Shown here: one piece after another, positions 17,789 through 27,725 of the stretch
Position numbering within the stretch: position 1 is the first letter of the stretch
Layout: each line of letters begins with the position of its first letter
IMG/VR virus record: IMGVR_UViG_3300042371_000261
Coordinates: 1 to 39,675 of that record
Strand: one strand, 5' to 3'
Source: a virus
Taxonomy: Duplodnaviria > Caudoviricetes
DNA: 39,675 bases
Position numbers and translations under genes: made by a program
The notes under the pieces: generated by a model
Database searches by the model: none
The model's input: the letters and a program-made list of their open reading frames with translations, nothing else
What the model was told of the DNA's origin: nothing

Positions 17789-20700
17789 ATGACTGTAGGT
17801 TCAGATTACGCAAATACAGAGGCTTACAACTTATCGACAGATTTGAATGTAACTCCATATTATGATGATTACAAAGATACCAAAGAGTATTACAGAATCC
17901 TCTATAAGCCTGGATTTGCCGTACAAGGCCGCGAACTTACTCAAATGCAGACAATTCTGCAAAAGCAGATTACGCGATTTGGTAGACATGTCTTCAAAGA
18001 AGGCACTGTTGTTATTCCTGGCAATTTCCAACTTTTTGCCAATAACATTTCTTCAACTGGACCTCTCAATTATGTAAAGATCAAAGATATTGATAATACA
18101 GGCAATACAATATCACTTTCTAACTTTGATGGTGTTATAGTCCGTGGCGCAACTTCTAATGTTACAGCACAGATTAGTATTGTTGCCGACGGTTCAGAAA
18201 TTAGTGCTAATACCAATGCCAAAACACTCTATGTTGATTATCTATCAGTTGATTTAGCAAATACAGCACAAAAAACATTTTCTCCTGATGAAACTCTTGT
18301 ATCGAATGTAGGTAATGTTGTAGTTCTATCATCAGCAACAAATCCTTTAGGTAAAGGATCAGCTTTCCGTATTACAGAAGGCGTTCTATTTGCTAAAGAA
18401 CATTTTATATATTTCCCAGAACAAGAAGTTATTTTAGATCGTTACAATGATAAACCAACAGCTAAAGTTGGATTTAATATTGTAGAAAATATTGTCGATT
18501 ATACACTTGATAGCAGTCTGCTTGATCCTGCTCTTGAGTCTTCTAACTATTCCGCACCTGGCGCAGATCGTTTGAGATTGTCCGCAGTTCTTGAATCTCG
18601 CGCATTTGATGATACATCAGGTGTTCCAGATTTTTCAACTCTCTTCACTATTCAAGAAGGTGTAATTCAAACATATAATCAAAGAACCGAATACAGTATT
18701 CTTAAAGATGAACTTGCGAAGAGAACCTTTGACGAGTCTGGAGATTACTATGTTTCGGGTCTAGATGTTGAGCTTAGAGAAAATGCTGATTCAGGAACAA
18801 ATGGTGGTTTAGTTGCCGCTTCAGAAAATCCTGATGCTAATGTTATAGCAGTTCGTATAAGTGCTGGTACAGCTTATGTTAAGGGATATGAAGTTGGAAC
18901 TGCTGTTGCTGAATATCTTTCAACTCCTAAATCTTTAAATTATACTAATGTCAGTTCTCAAATCGTATCCGCTTTTATGGGATCTTATGTTACAGCAAAT
19001 AACATGGTAGGTCATTTTGAACTTGACGAAGGCACAGAAATAACTCTTCTTGATACATATAATAGAAGAATTTCAAATGGCATATTTACAGCAGCAGCTA
19101 TAGGCAATATTATCGGTACAGCCACTGTAATGAGTATTGAATATAACAGTGGTGTATTAGGAACATCTGATGGTAGAGCAGATATCTATCTATCAGATAT
19201 TCGTATGATAGGAAGCAGTAGTTTTTCCTCTGTAAAGAGTTTGTATATCGATAATGGTGCGGGCCTTGCTGATTTTGGTGCCGATATTGTTCCAGATATT
19301 ACAACAAACAATACAGTTTTAAGAGAGCCATTTAACGGACCTCTATTGTATTACACAGGTTCGAACTTTACCAGAAAAGTAAGAGACGGAAGTAACGGCG
19401 ATGTTTCAAAAACAACTTATTATTATACCACAACAATACCAGTAACAATTACCGATTCTGGTAGTTATGGTACATTTACCGCATCTGTTGCTGGTGCCAA
19501 TGTTCCTTATACAGGGACACTATCGACAACAGACAAGAGAGAAATCTTCTTAAGTCTAGAAAATACACCAGTAAATGTTGCTATGGGAAATTTCTCATCA
19601 AATTCAACAACAGAAACTCTAGGCGAAACAAGATCAAATGTTATCACAGGATCTGGCACAACTTTCAGACGCTTAACAGCTGGAGAAAAGATTCAGTTTA
19701 CAGGGCACTCTAATACATACACTGTTTTGACTACACCTACAAGCGATACAGAATTACAACTTGCAGAAGCTTTCATGTATGCTACACCTACTGGTGGTAG
19801 TGTAATGTATAGACATTATGGTGCTGGTAGCTACATTGATCTAACATCATTTGGTATGGCAACTGGAACTTCTCGTACTGTTGGAGTTATCGGAGGCACT
19901 CAAACATTACAGTTTAATTTAGGTGAAACTTTCCCAGCATCTACAACAGCAGCGGTATCTTTCAGAATATCAAGAACGGATGCTATACAAACAGGCAAAA
20001 CATTAAGACCAAGCAGATACGTTAAGATCAATTGTGCCGCTGCTGCCTCAGGCACAACTGGGCCTTATAATCTTGGATTCTCTGACGTTTATAGAATAAA
20101 GAGTATCGTAAAGAAAACTTCGAGTTTCCCAACATCAAATACTGATGGAACAGTAGTTACATCTCAATTCCTCTTTAACAATGGTCAAAAAGATACTCTA
20201 TATGATTTGGCCACTATTAAACCAACAACAAGTCTTACTACAGCAGACAGACTTCTTGTTGAATTGGATTATTTTATACCTGACTTCTCAGTAGGTAAAG
20301 GATTCTTTACTGTTGATTCTTATCCAGTAAACGATCTTGTATCTTCAAGCTCAACAATAAGTACAGCCGAAATTCCTATCTACAAATCTCCATCGTCTGG
20401 TAGGAAATATGACTTAAGAAATTATATTGATTTTAGACCTGTAAAGTCACTTACAGCCAACGACATAACAGATCCTGCAAGTGCTAGTGTAACAGTAAGT
20501 CCAGGAAAATCAAACACATTTAACTTCACATTAAGCTCTCTTGCTTTGGTTTCACCATCTTCTGAGATTGACTTTGATTACTCATATTATGTGGCAAGAA
20601 AAGATATCGTTTCTGTAAGTAAAAATAAAGTGTTTACTATTACGCAGGGAGAACCAGGACCTTTCCCTGTTACACCACAAATACCAGAAAATGAATTGGG

Positions 20701-23700
20701 TCTTGCTCAATTAACTATTGCTCCATTTCCATCTATCTCTCCATACTATGCTAAACTTATAGGCAGACAAGATATCGCATGTGCAAGTAGAAAAATTGCT
20801 CCTGTTCGTCAGACAATGCGTGATCTTGGCGTTATGAAGAACAGAATTGCAAGTCTTGAGTATTATGCTTCTCTTAGTTTGTTAGAGAAGAGTGCTGCTG
20901 ATATGTTAATTCAAGATGAAGCTGGTGTTGATAGATTTAAAAATGGTATCTTTGTTGATACTTTCCGTAATCACACACTAGGCGACACATCAAATGAAGA
21001 TTACCGTATTGTTGTAGATCCTGCTGAAAATAGCATTCGTCCTCTATACTCTATGCAGTCTATTGATTATGACTACTTATCAGGAGCAAACGTAAGAAGA
21101 ATAAACGATATAGTCACTCTCGATTACTATGAAGTTGAGTATGCTAACGTATCCTCTGTTACTGCTACAATAAACACAGAAAAATCATCATATGCCTTTA
21201 TTGGAAATATGACACTTATTCCAGATAGTGACATATGGGTTGATACAACAACTCTAACTCCTCAAACAGTATCTTTTTCAGATGCAAATCTTGATGGTTT
21301 AGCAGATGCCCAGCAAGTTGGTGGGGTAACAACTACATGGAACGCTTGGCAAACTCATATTACTGGATATAAAGTTTATCAAGAAACAGCAGATAGTAGA
21401 GTATTAATTGGAACATACTCAACATACAATGAAGCGTACAATCAAGCTCAAAATATTAGAACAACATCACTTGGCGCAACAATTGAAACATCTTATCAAA
21501 ATGATAGAACTGGTTCGGAATCATATACATTTGTAGATCAGGATACCGTTTCTACAGGAACTAAACTTGTAAGTACCGAAATTGTGCCTTATATCAGACC
21601 TCAGGTATTGATAGGATCTGTTAGTGGTATTAAACCATACGCAAAATATAAGATATTCTTTGACAATATTGATATGACAAGTTATGTCAGACCAATAACT
21701 TATGATGAATATCTCAGTTTTGATACTTTAAATCCAACATTCTCTATTGGTGATGATCTTCTAGCCAATCCAGAAGGACAGTTGTGGTTTAGATTAAGTT
21801 TGCCAAATTCGAATAACTTAAGATTTACTGTAGGTTCAAAGGTAGTTAAGATTACGGATAGTATGACAAATACATCCGAAGAAACATCTTATGCCACAAA
21901 GACATTCTTTGCTCAAGGCATGATCGAAACTAAGCAAGAAACAATTCTTTCAACAAGACAGGTTGATGTAAGAAGTACTCCTTTAACTGAGAGTGTTGGC
22001 TACAATACATTTGATACTTTACCGCCATTGCCTGCGCCACCACCTCCTCCTGCGCCACCACCACCTGAGCCACCGCCGCCAGCACCACCTCCAGTGTTGC
22101 CGCCGGTACCACCTCCACCTCCACCGCCGAATCCGCCTTCGCCGCCGCCTTATATTCCGCCGCCGCCGCCACCGCCACCGCCTACTCCGGTGCCACCGCC
22201 GCCGCCGCGCAGACCGCGAATTGTGCCGCCACCACCGCCAGTTAGGCCGCAACCAATATGTTGCTTTGTGCCTTATGCTATGGTAACTATGGCCGACGGT
22301 ACTAAGAAAGCAATTTGTGATGTTGAGAACGGCGATAAAGTTCTTAGCAGAACTGGTAGTGCGATGGTAACCGATATTATCATCACTGATCTTGGTAATA
22401 GAGAAATATACGGTTTTGCTGGTCATGAGCCATTCGCTACTGAAGATCATCCATTCTTGACAAATAAAGGTTGGTCATCTTACAAGATTGGCGATTATCA
22501 CAATCATCTTGTTCGTGATAATGTTACAAACATCAATTGGGATCCAATGACTAATAATGAAGATGTTCTTCATACAAGTGGATTTGTCCCAGTTAATGAG
22601 ATTGTTACACAAAAAGATGACGCTAATAATAAAGTATATGCTCTAACTCTTGATGATACTTCAGATCACACATATTGGGTTGAAGACTTCTTAACACACA
22701 ATAAGAGTGGTTCGGGTAGCGGTGTCTGTATGGCATATGTGCTACCTATTAAAGTTCCTGGAACTGAAGAGGGCATATTCTTGTCAGCCGTTGAAATATT
22801 CTGTGCGGAAAAACATCCTACACTTGGAATGTGGTGTGAAGTTAGAGAACTTGATGCTGGTGGCGGTATTACTAGAAATGCTGTTCCATTATCTGCTGTA
22901 TGGTTTAGAAACGGTGAAATTCCAATTTCAACTGATGGAAGAACAAATGGATTAAAGGTCAATTTCCAAGCACCAATATTCCTATATGCTAATAAATCAT
23001 ATGCGTTTATTATTCATCCAGAAGCAGGCAATCCAAACTATTACTTCTGGATGTCAAGAATCGGTCAGACTGATATTAACACAGGGCAACCAGTGAATAG
23101 TCGTTCTTGGACTGGTACACTATTTACAACAAACAATGATACGATTTGGGTTCTACAAGACCAAATCGATCTAACATGTAAGTGGTATAGAGCAGCATTC
23201 TATACAGGAACAGGAACATTTGAAATTGGAAATAAACCAAAAGAAAAGTTCTACATGAAAGATATTGTTGGCAGCTTAGAAGGATTTGGCGAGCCTTTCG
23301 TAACAGGAGAAAGAATCACTCTAACTGGAATTCAAGCTAATACAAGCGACTTTATCATCGGCAAAACATCTGGAATCAACGCTAAGGTTATCAGTGTTTC
23401 TAGTGGTACCTATAAAACATCAAACATTAGATTTGCTTCTAGTGAAGCTGTGACGATTAGGTATGGAGCAAATGGTGTTGTTAAAGCATCATCAGATAGT
23501 TCAGATGTAAGTAGCATCGCTACTATCGGTAGAGGCATTGGATATCTTGAATATTATAAGGAATCTCCAACAAAAACTCAAATGATATTGACCAATTCAA
23601 ATAGCTTGTTCTCAAATGGTGAAATTGTATTTGATATTTCAGATGAGGGTTATGGAACTATTGAATCTATAGAAAATCAAAGATATTCTGTTGTAGATTT

Positions 23701-24454
23701 TGAGCCTACAATTATCAATTTTGCTGGCACTAGAACTGTATATGAAATGGCAGTAAGTTCAAATTCAAGTGGAAGTGGTATCGATACATATTTCAATTTT
23801 GATGCTGGTGAAAACTATGCCTTTGACGAAGAAAAGGCAATTTTCTCTCGTTCTAATGAAGTTGCTAATTTGGGTTCAGCGCGTTCTAATAGAGTTAGAA
23901 TTACAATGTCTACGGATACAAACTATCTGACTCCAATATTTGATCTTTCAAGATCACATTCTGTTATCGTTGATAACTTGATAAATTCAGATGTTACTGG
24001 TGAAAACGAAACAGATGGTGGACAGTTATTTAACAAGTACATCTCAAAGATCATAACTCTAGCAGATTTCCAAGATGCTGAAGATATGAATGTGTTCTTA
24101 ACTGCTTATCGTCCACCAACAACAGATGTGAAAGTTTGGATCAAACTGTTGAATGGCGAAGATTCAGATCCTATGGCACAAATAAACTGGATTGAAATGG
24201 AAAAGATTTATGGTGGTGACAGCACATATTCCTCATTCGCAAACAAGAATGATTTCAAAGAATATAAGTTTGTCTTGCCAGCAACATCTTTGGACACTGA
24301 TGGAATATTCACATACTTAAACACTGCAGGTGTGACATTTAAGTCTTTCAAATCATTCCAGATCAAAGTCGGTCTTCTTGGTTGTATTGATGGTGGAAAC
24401 AGCGCAGTTGTTCCAAGAGTTGCTGATCTAAGAACAATAGCATTACAGGTTTAA
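17789..24454 (+). CDS. Giant VrlC-like virion structural protein with polyproline and Hint-domain insert
   Basis: LNVTPYYDDY..K.YYRILYKPG.AVQGRELTQMQ, APGADRL, TFDESGDY and DRFKNGIFVD.F motifs, and C-terminal VPRVADLRTIAL, are typical of the large post-gp8 proteins of T4-like phages. Confidence 0.8.
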   Translation: MTVGSDYANTEAYNLSTDLNVTPYYDDYKDTKEYYRILYKPGFAVQGRELTQMQTILQKQITRFGRHVFKEGTVVIPGNFQLFANNISSTGPLNYVKIKDIDNTGNTISLSNFDGVIVRGATSNVTAQISIVADGSEISANTNAKTLYVDYLSVDLANTAQKTFSPDETLVSNVGNVVVLSSATNPLGKGSAFRITEGVLFAKEHFIYFPEQEVILDRYNDKPTAKVGFNIVENIVDYTLDSSLLDPALESSNYSAPGADRLRLSAVLESRAFDDTSGVPDFSTLFTIQEGVIQTYNQRTEYSILKDELAKRTFDESGDYYVSGLDVELRENADSGTNGGLVAASENPDANVIAVRISAGTAYVKGYEVGTAVAEYLSTPKSLNYTNVSSQIVSAFMGSYVTANNMVGHFELDEGTEITLLDTYNRRISNGIFTAAAIGNIIGTATVMSIEYNSGVLGTSDGRADIYLSDIRMIGSSSFSSVKSLYIDNGAGLADFGADIVPDITTNNTVLREPFNGPLLYYTGSNFTRKVRDGSNGDVSKTTYYYTTTIPVTITDSGSYGTFTASVAGANVPYTGTLSTTDKREIFLSLENTPVNVAMGNFSSNSTTETLGETRSNVITGSGTTFRRLTAGEKIQFTGHSNTYTVLTTPTSDTELQLAEAFMYATPTGGSVMYRHYGAGSYIDLTSFGMATGTSRTVGVIGGTQTLQFNLGETFPASTTAAVSFRISRTDAIQTGKTLRPSRYVKINCAAAASGTTGPYNLGFSDVYRIKSIVKKTSSFPTSNTDGTVVTSQFLFNNGQKDTLYDLATIKPTTSLTTADRLLVELDYFIPDFSVGKGFFTVDSYPVNDLVSSSSTISTAEIPIYKSPSSGRKYDLRNYIDFRPVKSLTANDITDPASASVTVSPGKSNTFNFTLSSLALVSPSSEIDFDYSYYVARKDIVSVSKNKVFTITQGEPGPFPVTPQIPENELGLAQLTIAPFPSISPYYAKLIGRQDIACASRKIAPVRQTMRDLGVMKNRIASLEYYASLSLLEKSAADMLIQDEAGVDRFKNGIFVDTFRNHTLGDTSNEDYRIVVDPAENSIRPLYSMQSIDYDYLSGANVRRINDIVTLDYYEVEYANVSSVTATINTEKSSYAFIGNMTLIPDSDIWVDTTTLTPQTVSFSDANLDGLADAQQVGGVTTTWNAWQTHITGYKVYQETADSRVLIGTYSTYNEAYNQAQNIRTTSLGATIETSYQNDRTGSESYTFVDQDTVSTGTKLVSTEIVPYIRPQVLIGSVSGIKPYAKYKIFFDNIDMTSYVRPITYDEYLSFDTLNPTFSIGDDLLANPEGQLWFRLSLPNSNNLRFTVGSKVVKITDSMTNTSEETSYATKTFFAQGMIETKQETILSTRQVDVRSTPLTESVGYNTFDTLPPLPAPPPPPAPPPPEPPPPAPPPVLPPVPPPPPPPNPPSPPPYIPPPPPPPPPTPVPPPPPRRPRIVPPPPPVRPQPICCFVPYAMVTMADGTKKAICDVENGDKVLSRTGSAMVTDIIITDLGNREIYGFAGHEPFATEDHPFLTNKGWSSYKIGDYHNHLVRDNVTNINWDPMTNNEDVLHTSGFVPVNEIVTQKDDANNKVYALTLDDTSDHTYWVEDFLTHNKSGSGSGVCMAYVLPIKVPGTEEGIFLSAVEIFCAEKHPTLGMWCEVRELDAGGGITRNAVPLSAVWFRNGEIPISTDGRTNGLKVNFQAPIFLYANKSYAFIIHPEAGNPNYYFWMSRIGQTDINTGQPVNSRSWTGTLFTTNNDTIWVLQDQIDLTCKWYRAAFYTGTGTFEIGNKPKEKFYMKDIVGSLEGFGEPFVTGERITLTGIQANTSDFIIGKTSGINAKVISVSSGTYKTSNIRFASSEAVTIRYGANGVVKASSDSSDVSSIATIGRGIGYLEYYKESPTKTQMILTNSNSLFSNGEIVFDISDEGYGTIESIENQRYSVVDFEPTIINFAGTRTVYEMAVSSNSSGSGIDTYFNFDAGENYAFDEEKAIFSRSNEVANLGSARSNRVRITMSTDTNYLTPIFDLSRSHSVIVDNLINSDVTGENETDGGQLFNKYISKIITLADFQDAEDMNVFLTAYRPPTTDVKVWIKLLNGEDSDPMAQINWIEMEKIYGGDSTYSSFANKNDFKEYKFVLPATSLDTDGIFTYLNTAGVTFKSFKSFQIKVGLLGCIDGGNSAVVPRVADLRTIALQV
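22019..22255 (+). repeat. Polyproline low-complexity tract
   Basis: About 78 codons dominated by CCG/CCA/CCT, with runs of up to 8 Pro; sharp local rise in GC. Confidence 0.95.
22262..22702 (+). other. Hint (intein-like) domain, about 147 aa, no homing endonuclease
   Basis: Starts CFVPYAMVTMADG..KAI.DV..GDKV; block B ATEDHPFLT; VYAL; ends YWVEDFLTHN followed by K. Confidence 0.85.
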
Positions 24455-24458
24455 AATT

Positions 24459-24674
24459 ATGAAAAAAACTGAGATTCCAGGAATATATAAAGTTTCGGAA
24501 GGTGTCCTCGTTAACAAAGATAACGAGGCCCTTCAGAAATACAGAAAGAGACGCGACAATGCGAGAAGAACTGAGAAACAGATAAATACTTTAGAAGAAA
24601 AAGTATCTAAGATTGATAAGCTGGAAAACGATCTGGAAGAAATCAAATCACTATTAAAAAAGTTGGTAGAATAG
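24459..24674 (+). CDS. Small coiled-coil hypothetical protein
   Basis: 71 aa with a heptad-like C-terminus (LENDLEEIKSLLKKLVE); tightly packed in the operon. Confidence 0.7.
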   Translation: MKKTEIPGIYKVSEGVLVNKDNEALQKYRKRRDNARRTEKQINTLEEKVSKIDKLENDLEEIKSLLKKLVE

Positions 24675-24678
24675 ACAA

Positions 24679-26094
24679 ATGGCATTAGCAAACGTAGCAC
24701 TAACAAACACATTTGATGAGTGGCGCACTAGAACAAATCAGCTGGTCGTTCAAAGTAATGTTTATGAAAACGATATGTTATTTCTGTATAATAAAAGCAA
24801 TAATTCTCCTTCTTACGCATATGCTAACAACATTGGTGTAACAGCAAATGCTTTTGCTTCAGCCACAATAGCTGGAGCTAATACAGCAGTCGGTGCGGGT
24901 GCTAATGCTTTTTCTGCTGCCACAATAGCAGGTGCTAATAACTATCTTCTAGCTGTTATAACTGGAGCAAACACAGCAGTCGGTGCTGGTGCTAATAACT
25001 TTGCTAAAGCAACTATTGCTGGAGCTAATACTGCTGTGGGCGCTGGTGCTAATGCTTTTGCTGCGGCTACCATAGCTGGGGCAAACACAGCAGTCGGTGC
25101 TGGTGCTAATGCTTATGCTTTATCAATAAGTTCAACATCAGGTGTTAGTTTTACAGCCACACTAAATGGTGCTAATACAGCAGTCGGTGCTGGCGCTAAT
25201 GCTTTCTCTGCTGCCACAATAGCAGGTGCTAATACAGCAGTTGGCGGTGGCGCTAATAACTATCTACGTGCTATTATAGCAGGTGCTAATACTGCGGTAG
25301 GTGCTGGTGCTAATGCTTTCTCTGCTGCCACAATAGCAGGTGCTAATTCTGCTGTGGGTACTGGTGCTAATAACTATCTACGTGCTATTATAGCAGGTGC
25401 TAATACAGCAGTTGGTGCTGGTGCTAATAACTTCACTATAGCTACACTAAATGGCGCTAATACTGCCGCAAGAGATGCCACAAACTTAACATCAGGTACA
25501 GTTCCTTCTGCGAGAATTACAGGCGTAGGCACAATCACAACAGGTGTTTGGAATGGAACTGCAATTTCTGTTACATATGGCGGTACAGGAGGCAATGATC
25601 AAGCTACGGCAAGAAGCGGTTTAGGTCTTGGCACAATGGCCACACAAGCTTCAAGCTCGGTATCAATTTCAGGCGGTTCTATCTCAGGACTATCATCACT
25701 TGCTGTATCTGGCGCTATAACCGCGACTGATGATATTACAGCATTTAGTTCCGATGCTAGATTGAAAGGCGATATTCAAATAATTGTTGACGCTTTATCT
25801 AAGGTAAAGTTAATTACAGGTATTACATATAGACATAATGATCTAGCCAAATCATTTGGATATACAGACGAAAACAGATTTGCTGGTGTTCTTGCTCAAG
25901 AGGTTGAAGCTGTTCTTCCTGAAGTAGTAGTTCCAGCACCATTCGACATTGCAGATGATGGAACATCTAAATCAGGTGAGAATTATAAAACAGTTAAATA
26001 CGATAAGATTGTTTCTCTTCTTATTGAAGCAATCAAAGAACTAAGCACGCAAGTAGAATCTATGAAGTTGGAAATTGAGGAATTAAAGAAGTAA
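24679..26094 (+). CDS. Fibre protein with GAN repeats and C-terminal S74-like intramolecular chaperone
   Basis: N-terminal TNTFDEWR..TN, 19-aa repeats, then FSSDARLK.DI, GVLAQEVE.VLPE and V.Y.K.V.LLIEAIKEL. Confidence 0.8.
   Translation: MALANVALTNTFDEWRTRTNQLVVQSNVYENDMLFLYNKSNNSPSYAYANNIGVTANAFASATIAGANTAVGAGANAFSAATIAGANNYLLAVITGANTAVGAGANNFAKATIAGANTAVGAGANAFAAATIAGANTAVGAGANAYALSISSTSGVSFTATLNGANTAVGAGANAFSAATIAGANTAVGGGANNYLRAIIAGANTAVGAGANAFSAATIAGANSAVGTGANNYLRAIIAGANTAVGAGANNFTIATLNGANTAARDATNLTSGTVPSARITGVGTITTGVWNGTAISVTYGGTGGNDQATARSGLGLGTMATQASSSVSISGGSISGLSSLAVSGAITATDDITAFSSDARLKGDIQIIVDALSKVKLITGITYRHNDLAKSFGYTDENRFAGVLAQEVEAVLPEVVVPAPFDIADDGTSKSGENYKTVKYDKIVSLLIEAIKELSTQVESMKLEIEELKK
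24862..25464 (+). repeat. 19-aa (57-bp) IAGANTAVGAGAN(AFSAAT/NYLRAI) repeats
   Basis: Visible in the translation; boundaries approximate. Confidence 0.9.
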
Positions 26095-26095
26095 G

Positions 26096-27034
26096 ATGCC
26101 AATACCAACAGGAACAGCAGCGATATCTTTTTCGCAGTTAAGAAGTGAAATGCACACCGGTCTTGGTAATCCAGGTGCTTACAGCAGTTTTCCATTAAAC
26201 GATGCAACATTTAGATCCAGACTCACTGATACCGCTCAAAATGCTTCACTTGCTCTTTCTTCTCTTCGCGGTAATGCTTATCAAAGATTTACTATCGCCG
26301 CAGATTATAATACCACTTATGATATTAGAACAGCATTAGTTAATACCGGCTGGACTACAACATCAAAAGGATCTGCTGACGTTGTGGTTAACGGAGGAAT
26401 TTACGTTTCATCTTCATCAACAGGAGCATATGGAATGGATACTGGTGGTCCTTGGCCAGGACCATCTACTATTGTTGTTTATAATAATGGATTTATTTTA
26501 GGTATGGGCGGTGCCGGCGGCGCCGGCGGCGAGGACGATTTCAATAATGCACAACCTGGTAATGCCGGAGGTCCGGCATTAAGAGCACAGCGCGCCATGA
26601 CTTTAGTTAATAGCGGTACCATCGGTGGTGGCGGTGGAGGTGGCGGTGGTGGCGATGGAACGACAGGTATCACTCCTCTTTCTCCGCCATTTAGTCCACT
26701 ACCATTTAATAATGGCGGCGGAGGCGGAGGCGGCGGTCGAACTGGTAGAACAAATTCTGCCGGCGGTGCACCTGGACCCGCAGATGGTCCCAATGCGAAT
26801 CCCGGCGGCGCAGGTCAAGTCGGCACAATTACCGCAGGCGGCACTGGCGGGCCGGGTGCTGGCACTGCAGGCGCAGGCGGCACTGGCGGAAATTGGGGTA
26901 CCGCTGGCAATAATGGCGGGATAGGCAACGCCCCTGCCGCCCGCGCGGGCGGCGCGGCAGGTATTTCAGTACAAGGATGGTCTGTGGTAACCGTTCCAAC
27001 AACTGGAACAATTTTAGGTCCAACAGCAGGTTAA
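26096..27034 (+). CDS. Glycine-rich gp38-like adhesin (fibre tip)
   Basis: N.G.I.G.GG.GG, NAGGPAL and N.GTIGGGGGGGG motifs, as in T-even gp38 adhesins; directly follows an S74-bearing fibre. Confidence 0.7.
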   Translation: MPIPTGTAAISFSQLRSEMHTGLGNPGAYSSFPLNDATFRSRLTDTAQNASLALSSLRGNAYQRFTIAADYNTTYDIRTALVNTGWTTTSKGSADVVVNGGIYVSSSSTGAYGMDTGGPWPGPSTIVVYNNGFILGMGGAGGAGGEDDFNNAQPGNAGGPALRAQRAMTLVNSGTIGGGGGGGGGGDGTTGITPLSPPFSPLPFNNGGGGGGGGRTGRTNSAGGAPGPADGPNANPGGAGQVGTITAGGTGGPGAGTAGAGGTGGNWGTAGNNGGIGNAPAARAGGAAGISVQGWSVVTVPTTGTILGPTAG

Positions 27035-27050
27035 AAATTAGAGGATAAAA

Positions 27051-27725
27051 ATGATAACAAGATACGCATATGTAGTTAATGATGAAACTCTTTGGGGACC
27101 TGGTCCCATGCCGTATTTCATAACTCTCACAAATCAAACAATGTGGGAAATTACGGCTCATACAAAAGAAGAGAATGAAGCTGTAGGAATATATGAAGTC
27201 GAGCAAATAAATTATAGAGAATTTGATGATAGATTCGAAAGAGCAAATATTCCGTCATATGCTTTAATTAATGGTTTGCCGACAGAAACCTGGAGTTATA
27301 CTTTTATACCAGCTGCAAAAGAGAATATGCAGATTGCCGTAGACGAACACGCAGAAGTTCTTAGAACGGAAGTTGCAACTAAGTTTGCAGGACAATACGC
27401 TGAATACGATCAGGCATATGCTGAAGCTTTAGCTATCACACAGTTAGATCCAAATGATGTAATTGTTAATGAAGATTATCCTTATGTTGCCGCAGATATA
27501 GGTATCACATATTCAGCATCTTTAGACCGAGAGGTAGAAACTATCAGGGAATCTGCTGAACTTATCGTCAGTACTCGCACAATTTGGAAAAATTTTGGCG
27601 CAAGTTTAAGATTAGCAAGACTTGCGGCTAAAAAGAATATAGCAGGCGCTAGTACCGATCAAGCAGCAAAAGTAATTTATGATACTTTTGCTGCAACGAC
27701 AATTGGTGATTATATAACTGGTTAA
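27051..27725 (+). CDS. Hypothetical protein, possibly fibre-assembly associated
   Basis: GAGG RBS; helical C-terminal half; location after the adhesin is the only functional evidence. Confidence 0.5.
   Translation: MITRYAYVVNDETLWGPGPMPYFITLTNQTMWEITAHTKEENEAVGIYEVEQINYREFDDRFERANIPSYALINGLPTETWSYTFIPAAKENMQIAVDEHAEVLRTEVATKFAGQYAEYDQAYAEALAITQLDPNDVIVNEDYPYVAADIGITYSASLDREVETIRESAELIVSTRTIWKNFGASLRLARLAAKKNIAGASTDQAAKVIYDTFAATTIGDYITG

Noticed and set aside
21930-22450. Arg/His/Trp-rich ORFs over the polyproline tract
   Set aside because: Shadow frames of CCG/CCA repeats.
22262-22702. Canonical mobile intein
   Set aside because: No homing endonuclease, and the +1 residue is Lys rather than Cys, Ser or Thr; reported as a Hint domain instead.
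24862-25464. 57-bp periodic repeats as a possible CRISPR array
   Set aside because: They are in-frame coding repeats with synonymous variation, with no unique spacers and no cas genes.
26479-27206. Pro-rich antisense and other overlapping ORFs in the adhesin gene
   Set aside because: Mirror of the poly-GGC codons.
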